A stretch of DNA of 11,231 bases from positions 1-11,231 of the forward strand of contig JBNJGY010000054.1 of the NCBI GenBank assembly GCA_051748045.1. The letters run 5' to 3'. Below the pieces are notes generated by a model that was not told the DNA's origin, made no database searches, and worked only from the letters and a program-made list of their open reading frames with translations. Origin of the DNA: Thermotogota bacterium (GTDB lineage: Bacteria; Thermotogota; Thermotogae; Petrotogales; Petrotogaceae). Position numbers and translations under genes: made by a program. Positions 1-7,177 of the stretch are shown piece by piece (within the stretch, counting starts at the first letter, position 1; the number at the start of each line of letters is the position of its first letter).

Positions 1-87
1 TTCTTCATCATTTGTAACACCTGTACAACTTGTTAATGCTAATAACATAAATGCACTTACCAATAATAATACCAATAACTTTTTCAT
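1..87 (-). CDS. Lipoprotein, 5' part only (runs off the left edge); not in ORF track
   Basis: ATG at 85-87 with AGGAGG at 96-101. Translates to MKKLLVLLLVSAFMLLALTSCTGVTNDEE: basic N-terminus, hydrophobic core, lipobox LTS-C21. Starts 23 bp after the S8 stop. Confidence 0.9.
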   Translation of the reverse strand, partial: MKKLLVLLLVSAFMLLALTSCTGVTNDEE

Positions 88-110
88 TTGTTATTCCTCC
101 TCTGAGTTTT

Positions 111-2165
111 TTAAAATACTGGAAATACTGTACTTCCCTCTATTTCTAATTTATATTCTCCCTCTTCACCTTTTTCAACAGTGTTTCTGAAAGGCACTCT
201 CTGATATGGATCATCGTTGTATTCAATATATCCTCTTACAAAGATGTTTTCGGTCAACATTTCATTGAACACTAAATTGAATTCATACCAACCAGCAGGA
301 TCAGTTGCATCTACTTGGATTTCTAGTGGTTTGTCACCAGATATTAATCTGTCTGGAATTGTATCTGTTATAACTGTTTGATTATTTGAATATAATATTT
401 CATTTAGTTCTATATCTACGTTTTCAAGTATAATATCTGAACCATATTCAGAATCTATTTGGTAAATAACTATTTTTGGTGTTGCTTCGAATTCTTCTGT
501 TAAATCTATAGTTTGATTTTCTGTAGCTGAAAATCTCTCTTTTCTAGATATTTGAATTTTTGATCTGAATTCGTTTTTCATAAGGGTTGAATACCAAGGA
601 TCAGCAAGGCCCATTACCAGTTCATAATTTCCTGGTCTTATGTATGGAAGTTCTGTTTCGCCTTCCATATTAGTTTTTGCATAGTAATTTTCTTTTATTT
701 CTGTATCTCTATTTATTAAAGTTACATATACTCCTTCTAAATTTACCGGAGACCCTTGTGGTGTTGTTTTTTTAGCAATTGTTTTTAAAGAAAAATTTGC
801 TCCGTTTTCTAAGTCTGCTAATTCAAAAGATAGTGTGTTGAATGCATCTATTCTCCCGTAACCACTTTTTATGTCAAAGCCTTCTTCTTCTATGTCTACT
901 GCTCCCTTTGTTATTGCTTGTGTTATCTGATAAGGAGTTATATTATTTTTTCCACCATGTTTGTCTATCAATAAAGCAGCGAGTCCTGAAACATGAGGTG
1001 CAGCCATTGATGTTCCATTTTGAAAAGCGAAAGGATCATCAAATGTGTATAACAAGTCATCATCTGTTCCAACTGATGAAAATATAACGTCTCCTGGTGC
1101 TGCGACTGTCATCCACTGACCTCTTGAAGAGAAACTTGTAACCGCATCAGAGTATTCTGTTGCTCCGACTGTTATTACTCCAGGATAACAAGATGGGTAA
1201 TATATTTCTGCTGTATGAGAGTTTCCTGATGAAGCAACTACAGTTACGTTATTTTTAGAAGCGTAATTAATTGCATCTGCTAAAGCGTAGGAGAATCCTC
1301 CACCACCCCAAGAGTTATGTAGTATATCTGCTCCATTGTCTACTGCCCAAATCATTCCTTTTGCTGCATATATATCTCCAATAAAAGTTAACGGACTATT
1401 ATTTTCTGTTTGGAATATAGGTATATCCATTATTTTCGCATCAGGAGCTACTCCAACAATGTTGTCACCGTTTCCAGCTATTGTTCCTGCAACATGAGAA
1501 CCATGATACATATACCAATTATTTGTCGCTTCTAATGTTGTTTCTGTTACTGGATTATATCCAGGGTTTGTATATGCTTGGTCTTTTAAATCTGGATGGG
1601 TAAAATCAACCCCAGAATCTAAAACTGCAACTACAGCACCTGTACCTGTATATCCTTCATCCCAAGTTTCTGGAGCTCTTATTTTTTTTATTCCCCAGAG
1701 ATATTTTTCATATTCATAGTTACCTAAAGAATAGCTTCTTGTTTCAGTTTCAATATCTATAATTTCGTTTTCATTATCTACTGGTTGAATTAATTCTCTT
1801 TCGTAACTTGGTTCAATGTATCTTATGATATTACTTCTATCTAAATTTTGTTCAAAATAATTTTTGAATATTTCAAAATATTCTTCGACTGATTGATCTA
1901 TTTTTACAGAAAGTACTTTTATTTTTGGTATATCTACTTCTACAGAAAGATCAAGATCATTTAATATTTCTAATACTTCTTCTTTGTCTGTATATCCTAT
2001 ATTTAATCTTCCTTCTAAATATTCATCGTCAGCATTCCATATTATTCCTGTTTCTTCTTCAAATTGTTCTTCTGCTTCAGGATTTGAAATATTGCTTGTC
2101 ATACATGAAGTAAGCAAGAACATTGAAGTTATTAATAGTATTATGTAAAATATATTTTTTTTCAT
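111..2165 (-). CDS. S8 subtilisin-family serine protease lipoprotein, fervidolysin/islandisin-like (propeptide + catalytic domain + C-terminal beta-sandwich domains)
   Basis: Lipobox LTS-C21. Triad D183 (VAVLDSG), H221 (HGSHVAG), S386 (GTSMAAPHV); oxyanion N315 (SSGN). Propeptide EYLEGRLNIGY...IRYIEPSYERELIQP and C-terminal YYAKT..G....PYIRPGNY resemble fervidolysin as I recall it. SD GAGGTG at 2174-2179. Confidence 0.93.
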   Translation of the reverse strand: MKKNIFYIILLITSMFLLTSCMTSNISNPEAEEQFEEETGIIWNADDEYLEGRLNIGYTDKEEVLEILNDLDLSVEVDIPKIKVLSVKIDQSVEEYFEIFKNYFEQNLDRSNIIRYIEPSYERELIQPVDNENEIIDIETETRSYSLGNYEYEKYLWGIKKIRAPETWDEGYTGTGAVVAVLDSGVDFTHPDLKDQAYTNPGYNPVTETTLEATNNWYMYHGSHVAGTIAGNGDNIVGVAPDAKIMDIPIFQTENNSPLTFIGDIYAAKGMIWAVDNGADILHNSWGGGGFSYALADAINYASKNNVTVVASSGNSHTAEIYYPSCYPGVITVGATEYSDAVTSFSSRGQWMTVAAPGDVIFSSVGTDDDLLYTFDDPFAFQNGTSMAAPHVSGLAALLIDKHGGKNNITPYQITQAITKGAVDIEEEGFDIKSGYGRIDAFNTLSFELADLENGANFSLKTIAKKTTPQGSPVNLEGVYVTLINRDTEIKENYYAKTNMEGETELPYIRPGNYELVMGLADPWYSTLMKNEFRSKIQISRKERFSATENQTIDLTEEFEATPKIVIYQIDSEYGSDIILENVDIELNEILYSNNQTVITDTIPDRLISGDKPLEIQVDATDPAGWYEFNLVFNEMLTENIFVRGYIEYNDDPYQRVPFRNTVEKGEEGEYKLEIEGSTVFPVF

Positions 2166-2180
2166 TTATTAAACACCTCT

Positions 2181-3869
2181 TTAATAGTCTTGACCAGTTG
2201 TGAATGTGTTATATGGAACTGAAGGATTCGGTACTATTAAATCCGCATTTCCACTAAATATATCAGCAATTACAGCAACAGCTGTTGATTCCTCTTGCAC
2301 ATATTCCGCATAAGCACTGGTTAATCCCCATTGATAAGTTTTTCCAGCTTCTAATGCATCAAACAAATAACTGTATGGGTATAATTTTCCATCTTTTCTC
2401 ATAACCCAATCAATATTATTTCCTTGCCAATAAGAGCTCATGAATTCAGTTGCGATTAGTTGTGGCCCTTGTGAACTGTATTCAAATACTCCTCTTACTT
2501 CTCCTTCACCTTGAAAAACCCAAATACTACCTGTGCTTTGAGCAAAGTCTGTAATTATTGGAGTATAATAATAATTTATTTCTTCTTCGTTGATTACTCC
2601 AGCACCAGTGTTTGTATCTCCACCATCTAAAGAAACTGGTTTCCATCTTAATTCAGGTTTTCTTTTTACACTGTAACTATTATCTCTTGGATTTATCTGA
2701 TTTACTTTGAAAAGATTAAGTGGAGTTACAGATACTACTTCTGTACTTTCTGATTCATATCCACCTTCATAAACACTTTTGATTTTGTATGAAACTTCTT
2801 TTCCTGGTTCAAGATCAAAACCGTTGTCTGCTGTTGATGTGTTTTCTGTGAAAGCTATTTTTTCAAAGTTTTCTCCATCAGTTGATTTATATATGTGGTA
2901 TCCTATTATTCCAGTTTTATCTTCTGGTTCGTTCCAATATATTCTTATATATAAATTTCCTCTTTCTGGAATTTCATAATTATCGCTCTCTAAAGAATTT
3001 ATATCTTCTAATATTACTTCTTGGTTTTCTACTTGTTTATAATTTTCTGTTTTTTCTAAAATATCTTCTGGCATTGAATATAATCTAGCTTCGTAATTTC
3101 TTGTTATAGAATATAACCAAGGGTTTTCAGGTTTTGCCATTGTTTCTGGTTCTTCTGTGGTTTTATTTACATTAATATAATAGTATTGATGTAATCTACT
3201 TCTATTAACATCATAAATAACAAAGTTCAATTCTTGTTCTCCTGAAGCTGAGTGTGGAATACTTATTGGTATTGTTGCTTTTTCTCCTGGCCCAAAATTT
3301 GTTTCCATTCCATTATTTGTAGCTGCCCAAGGCATGAAGTCTAATCCAAAATAAGCAACTGTAATTTGCTCAGAAGACTCTATTTCAGCATATATTACAT
3401 CTTCTTCTATATTTTCTATATCTATCATTCTTCCATCTTTATCCACAAATTTAACACTGGTTTCTGGAAATTCGTCATTTTCGAAAAGTTTTGCTTTGTT
3501 TATTGATGAATTTATTTCTCCATTATCTAAATATTTACTTTTTTTACCTGTTAGTTTTTTAGTTTTAACTTCACTTGATGCAAAACCTTCTTTTTTATAT
3601 TTTATATTTATCTCTTCTTCTTCACCATTAGAAACATCCCATTCTAATAATGCTTTTATATATCCTTTTTCATTTGTTGTGCCTTCAAAAATTTGATTGT
3701 TTTCGCTATCAAAAATTGTCACATCTACGTTTTCAACTGCGGGCCCAGCTAAATATTCACTTAAATAAATTTCCAATTCAGCTTTATAGCTTTCAGAATA
3801 GTTTGTCATACAACTACTGAAAATAACTAATAAAGATATTATTAGAAATGTATATATTATTTTTTTCAT
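2181..3869 (-). CDS. Multi-domain beta-sandwich lipoprotein with a fibronectin type III domain
   Basis: Lipobox FSS-C20. N-terminal carboxypeptidase-regulatory/transthyretin-like segment (GPAVENVDVTI...GTTNEKGY...KKEGF). FN3 pattern (IYWNEP..IIGYHIYKS..DLEPGKEVSYKIKSVY..GYES..VSVTP). Ig-like end (NPRDNSYSVKRKPELRW...YNTFTTG). SD AGGAGGA at 3874-3880. Confidence 0.8.
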   Translation of the reverse strand: MKKIIYTFLIISLLVIFSSCMTNYSESYKAELEIYLSEYLAGPAVENVDVTIFDSENNQIFEGTTNEKGYIKALLEWDVSNGEEEEINIKYKKEGFASSEVKTKKLTGKKSKYLDNGEINSSINKAKLFENDEFPETSVKFVDKDGRMIDIENIEEDVIYAEIESSEQITVAYFGLDFMPWAATNNGMETNFGPGEKATIPISIPHSASGEQELNFVIYDVNRSRLHQYYYINVNKTTEEPETMAKPENPWLYSITRNYEARLYSMPEDILEKTENYKQVENQEVILEDINSLESDNYEIPERGNLYIRIYWNEPEDKTGIIGYHIYKSTDGENFEKIAFTENTSTADNGFDLEPGKEVSYKIKSVYEGGYESESTEVVSVTPLNLFKVNQINPRDNSYSVKRKPELRWKPVSLDGGDTNTGAGVINEEEINYYYTPIITDFAQSTGSIWVFQGEGEVRGVFEYSSQGPQLIATEFMSSYWQGNNIDWVMRKDGKLYPYSYLFDALEAGKTYQWGLTSAYAEYVQEESTAVAVIADIFSGNADLIVPNPSVPYNTFTTGQDY

Positions 3870-3891
3870 AAGATCCTCCTTTTATGTTTAA

Positions 3892-5307
3892 TTAGTTATC
3901 TTCCAAGAAAAATTTGAATAAAGTTATATCTAAATTACCATAATTTGTTTCTAAATCATGATCTATTGATGCTGTGTCAGCAGCAAATATAAATGTATTG
4001 TCATCTATTACATCTAGGCTAGTTCCTCTGTCTAACAATGTTCCTCCAAATGTTCTTTCATTTATTATTTCTCCTTGAGAATTTGTTCTGACAAACCAAG
4101 CATCTTCATTGCCTTTAAAGTTTGTTACATCTCCATTGTTTGAAGCTGTATAACCTATCATAACTAAATCTCCGTTAGGAGTTTCTTTTATTTGTCTTAT
4201 TCTGTCATTTTCAGATCCACCATAAAATTTCATCCAATTAACATTTCCTGTTTTATCCATTTTTGTAACCCAATAATCTACTACACCAAAGTTTCCTGAA
4301 AAATCTCCTTCTTGAGAACTTGTATAGCCACCTAATATTAAATCACCAGTTTTAGATATTATTATATTTTCAGCTATATCTGTTCCTTCTCCTCCTAGTT
4401 CTTTTTCCCAGTCTTTTTCTCCAGCTTGATTAAGTTTAATAACCAAGGTGTTACTATCTTGATGAGATACACTTTTTGAACTAGAAATAAAATATTCTCC
4501 ATTTTCATCTATAGCAAAATCATATGGATAATAAGGTATTATATCTTGGTTTAATGCAGGATCTTCTGAAATATCATCTTTATATTCAAATTCCCACTCA
4601 ACATCTCCAGTTGAAGAAAGTTTTACGAGTTTTAAAGATGTTGTAAACATTTTTTCAATTGGTTCTTCTGGATCTTCATAATCTATTTTTTCATATATTG
4701 GTTGTTCTCTAATTAAAGCAGCATACCCGCCATCTGATGTTTGTTTTATTTCTTCTATACTATCAAATTTAGAGTCTTCGCTTATTAAAAGTTTTTGCCA
4801 TTCTAAATCTCCATTTGAATCTAGCTTTAAAATCCATGGGTCAGCATATGTTGGTTTTCTTATTCCTGGTTCTTGTGTAGCTAAATCACCATCTGTAGAT
4901 GTTGTATAGCCACCTACAACATACCCGTTGTCTTCTGTTTCTTCTAAACTTAAAGCCCATTCAGCTCCTGTTCCACCGTATATTCTTTGCCATTCTTCTT
5001 CTCCGTGTTTGTCTAACTTAACCAAGAATAAGTCTACACCTTCATGAGCTTGTTCTAAGTCAACGTTTCCTTCATAAGAAGGTACATTTCCACCTGTTTT
5101 GAAGTTTATATAACCACCAACTAAAGCACCTTCGTCTGATGTATATATAACGTCTCCTGTTTTATCTGTATAGTTTGTTCCATATGTTTTTGTGAATATA
5201 TTTAAATAACCATCTTCTATTTGTTCTGTTGGTTTATTCAGAACACAAGACGATAGTAAAAAGATTGTGAGTATTAATAAAGGAATCAATCTTAGTCTTT
5301 TCTTCAT
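3892..5307 (-). CDS. Seven-bladed beta-propeller lipoprotein; likely start is ATG 5307, not 5322
   Basis: GGAGGT at 5315-5320 precedes MKKRL; lipobox LSS-C21. Seven repeats of W.K.YGG...D....I..T.DG...GGYT.S..GD...D.W..KLD..G. Confidence 0.82.
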   Translation of the reverse strand: MKKRLRLIPLLILTIFLLSSCVLNKPTEQIEDGYLNIFTKTYGTNYTDKTGDVIYTSDEGALVGGYINFKTGGNVPSYEGNVDLEQAHEGVDLFLVKLDKHGEEEWQRIYGGTGAEWALSLEETEDNGYVVGGYTTSTDGDLATQEPGIRKPTYADPWILKLDSNGDLEWQKLLISEDSKFDSIEEIKQTSDGGYAALIREQPIYEKIDYEDPEEPIEKMFTTSLKLVKLSSTGDVEWEFEYKDDISEDPALNQDIIPYYPYDFAIDENGEYFISSSKSVSHQDSNTLVIKLNQAGEKDWEKELGGEGTDIAENIIISKTGDLILGGYTSSQEGDFSGNFGVVDYWVTKMDKTGNVNWMKFYGGSENDRIRQIKETPNGDLVMIGYTASNNGDVTNFKGNEDAWFVRTNSQGEIINERTFGGTLLDRGTSLDVIDDNTFIFAADTASIDHDLETNYGNLDITLFKFFLEDN

Positions 5308-5325
5308 GTATATTACCTCCATCTA

Positions 5326-6930
5326 TTAAAAGTTGAATTGTGCTTTTGCAAATAAATACCAATTTAAATCTGTTAGTTCTTCAAAGTTTTGATCATTTCC
5401 AATGTGTGCTCCAAATTTTATTATTTGATCTGGAGTATAAACTAATTCAGCATTATATGCCATATCTTCTATGTTTTTTATCTCGTATTCTGAATTTTGA
5501 TTTAAAATATAATTATATATATTTCCACTTAAAGTGATTCCTTTTAAAGGATAAACTTCTGCAGATAATTTGTATCCTAAATTATCGTTTTCTATTATTT
5601 TAGATAAGTCTTCTATTAATATATGATTATCTCCTTTTAGTCCTTGTTCTCCAGCTAATAATGAATAATTAACATTGAAATATTCATGTGTATAGTCTCC
5701 ATATATATTCATAAGTACTCCAATAGGTACATTCAAGTATTGTGAGTATTTTTTCATTATTTCAAAGTCATATTTTATTAATTCATGTAATTTTTCGTTG
5801 TAATATCTTATTCCATACTGAGTGTATATTTTTTCTTCTTCATTTGTATCTTCGTTTCTATAATCACCAAAAAGATATTCGACTTCATCTTTAATTTCTA
5901 TAGTTCCAAATTTATCAAAATCTAATTCAAAATCTATTCCACCACTTATTGATGAAGCATCTTTTGTTACTAATTCTGACGCAAATGGTATAAATTTAAT
6001 ATTTTTTCTATATGTTCCATTTGCTTTTGGAATAATATCTATATTTATAAAATCATTTTCGAATATTTTAAAATTTCTTTTATATCTAGAATGAATATTG
6101 TATGCATTTTTAACAATTTCTTCATACACATAGTTTATTTCTTCAAGTTTAGGCTGAGAACCATACATACCACTTATGAAAATCCCCTCTAATAAATCAT
6201 CTTTTTGCCCAGAGAATTCCCCTTCAACAGCATATCCTAAATATTCTGTATTATCTTCTTCTAACTCTTCAATGTTTGTGCTTGTATTCCATAAACCTGA
6301 TTTAATTTGAAAATTGAATAAATCTAAAGGCACACCTATTTTTAAAGCGAAGATATCTCCTGATATATTTATTTCATCATTTTCAGTATCTTCTTCTAAA
6401 AATATAGAGGTGGCATGTCTTGTGTATTCTTCTTCAAATGGTATGTAAACCATTTCCGAATTTACAAAAAAATCTGAATTGGTTTTTAAATATTTTTCTC
6501 CTATAGGGTTTACGGCATTTCCAAAAACATCATACCAATTACCTAAAAAATAATCAGAAAAGTTTTCTGAATATTCTGTGTTGTTATATTCCGCTGTATA
6601 ATATTCTGAGTTATATACTACGGACTTGAAATCAATCGGCTGATTTTTTACACCCCAATCTCCAGGTATAAAATTCACTGTTAAAGTAGAGTTGTTTGAT
6701 TCTGAAACAGCTATTATACTGAATTCGTAATCAAACCAAGCTGAATGCAAAGTCTGATTTTCTTCATAAAGGCTGAAACCATCCTCGTCAAATTTAAGTC
6801 CAACCTCTAAGTACCCTGATGTTTCCACATTAAAATTTGGACCAGTAGTGATTATTTCTGATTTTTCAGTTACATTCGCAATAATTAAACCACTGATCAA
6901 AATAAACAAAAATAAAATAGATTTTCTCAT
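5326..6930 (-). CDS. Putative outer-membrane (toga) beta-barrel protein, porin/Omp-beta-like
   Basis: Signal peptidase I-type signal (MRKSILFLFILISGLIIA) with no lipobox. Many alternating amphipathic strands (SGYLEVGLKF, YAVEGEFSG, SISGGIDFEL, GYKLSAEVY, AYNAELVY). C-terminal WYLFAKAQFNF is a BAM beta-signal ending in Phe. SD GGGGAGGAG at 6934-6942. Confidence 0.72.
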   Translation of the reverse strand: MRKSILFLFILISGLIIANVTEKSEIITTGPNFNVETSGYLEVGLKFDEDGFSLYEENQTLHSAWFDYEFSIIAVSESNNSTLTVNFIPGDWGVKNQPIDFKSVVYNSEYYTAEYNNTEYSENFSDYFLGNWYDVFGNAVNPIGEKYLKTNSDFFVNSEMVYIPFEEEYTRHATSIFLEEDTENDEINISGDIFALKIGVPLDLFNFQIKSGLWNTSTNIEELEEDNTEYLGYAVEGEFSGQKDDLLEGIFISGMYGSQPKLEEINYVYEEIVKNAYNIHSRYKRNFKIFENDFINIDIIPKANGTYRKNIKFIPFASELVTKDASSISGGIDFELDFDKFGTIEIKDEVEYLFGDYRNEDTNEEEKIYTQYGIRYYNEKLHELIKYDFEIMKKYSQYLNVPIGVLMNIYGDYTHEYFNVNYSLLAGEQGLKGDNHILIEDLSKIIENDNLGYKLSAEVYPLKGITLSGNIYNYILNQNSEYEIKNIEDMAYNAELVYTPDQIIKFGAHIGNDQNFEELTDLNWYLFAKAQFNF

Positions 6931-6982
6931 TTTCTCCTCCCCATTTAAACAAAGATTTTTTGAATTTTATATATCTTTTTTT

Positions 6983-6994
6983 CCTTATATAAGG
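6983..6994. promoter_or_regulatory. Perfect palindrome CCTTATATAAGG, candidate operator
   Basis: Self-complementary 12-mer. Its last 10 bases (TTATATAAGG) recur at 7048-7057. Confidence 0.4.
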
Positions 6995-7027
6995 TATAAT
7001 TTAGTTAGGCACATTAATTAGATTTAT

Positions 7028-7039
7028 TCATTATAATGA
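7028..7039. promoter_or_regulatory. Perfect palindrome TCATTATAATGA overlapping the -10/+1 of the operon promoter
   Basis: Self-complementary 12-mer spanning the predicted -10 and transcription start; also contains TATAAT on both strands. Confidence 0.35.
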
Positions 7040-7064
7040 TAGACTAATTATATAAGGCAGTCAA
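7036..7064 (-). promoter_or_regulatory. Sigma70-type promoter of the barrel/lipoprotein/protease operon
   Basis: -35 TTGACT (7059-7064), exactly 17-bp spacer, -10 TATCAT (7036-7041). Predicted start near 7029, giving a 5' UTR of about 100 nt. Confidence 0.65.
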
Positions 7065-7128
7065 AAAAGACATCCTCCACAATAATGATTTGATGGTGCT
7101 TTGATGTAAGGTAAAAAAATAGATTTTT

Positions 7129-7169
7129 AAAAAAACAAAAATTGCGCAGAAAAATCACACAATTTTTGT
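7129..7169 (-). terminator. Inverted repeat forming a terminator-like hairpin on the minus strand (alternatively a DNA operator)
   Basis: ACAAAAATTG (7135-7144) and CAATTTTTGT (7160-7169). On minus-strand RNA the stem extends to 14 bp with three G-U pairs and a 7-nt loop, and a U-run follows (7129-7134). Confidence 0.45.
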
Positions 7170-7177
7170 AACATGAG

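Noticed and set aside
842-2113. Plus-strand ORFs 842-1087 and 1925-2113
   Set aside because: Antisense shadows of the S8 gene; no SD or domain signal.
2779-3696. Plus-strand ORFs 2779-2979, 2882-3088 and 3496-3696
   Set aside because: Antisense to the FN3 lipoprotein gene; their L/F/S richness simply mirrors its codon usage.
5308-5322. Track start at 5322 (MEVIY extension)
   Set aside because: The extension is the SD and spacer of the ATG at 5307.
5340-5537. Plus-strand 65-aa ORF
   Set aside because: Antisense to the 3' end of the barrel gene; no supporting signal.
5326-6930. TonB-dependent/SusC-type receptor
   Set aside because: Too short at 534 aa, with no recognisable plug or TonB box.
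7089-7106. TTTGATG direct repeat 11 bp apart, as a promoter or binding site for the regulator gene
   Set aside because: Only 7 bp in AT-rich DNA, and no well-spaced -10; the regulator's promoter could not be placed.
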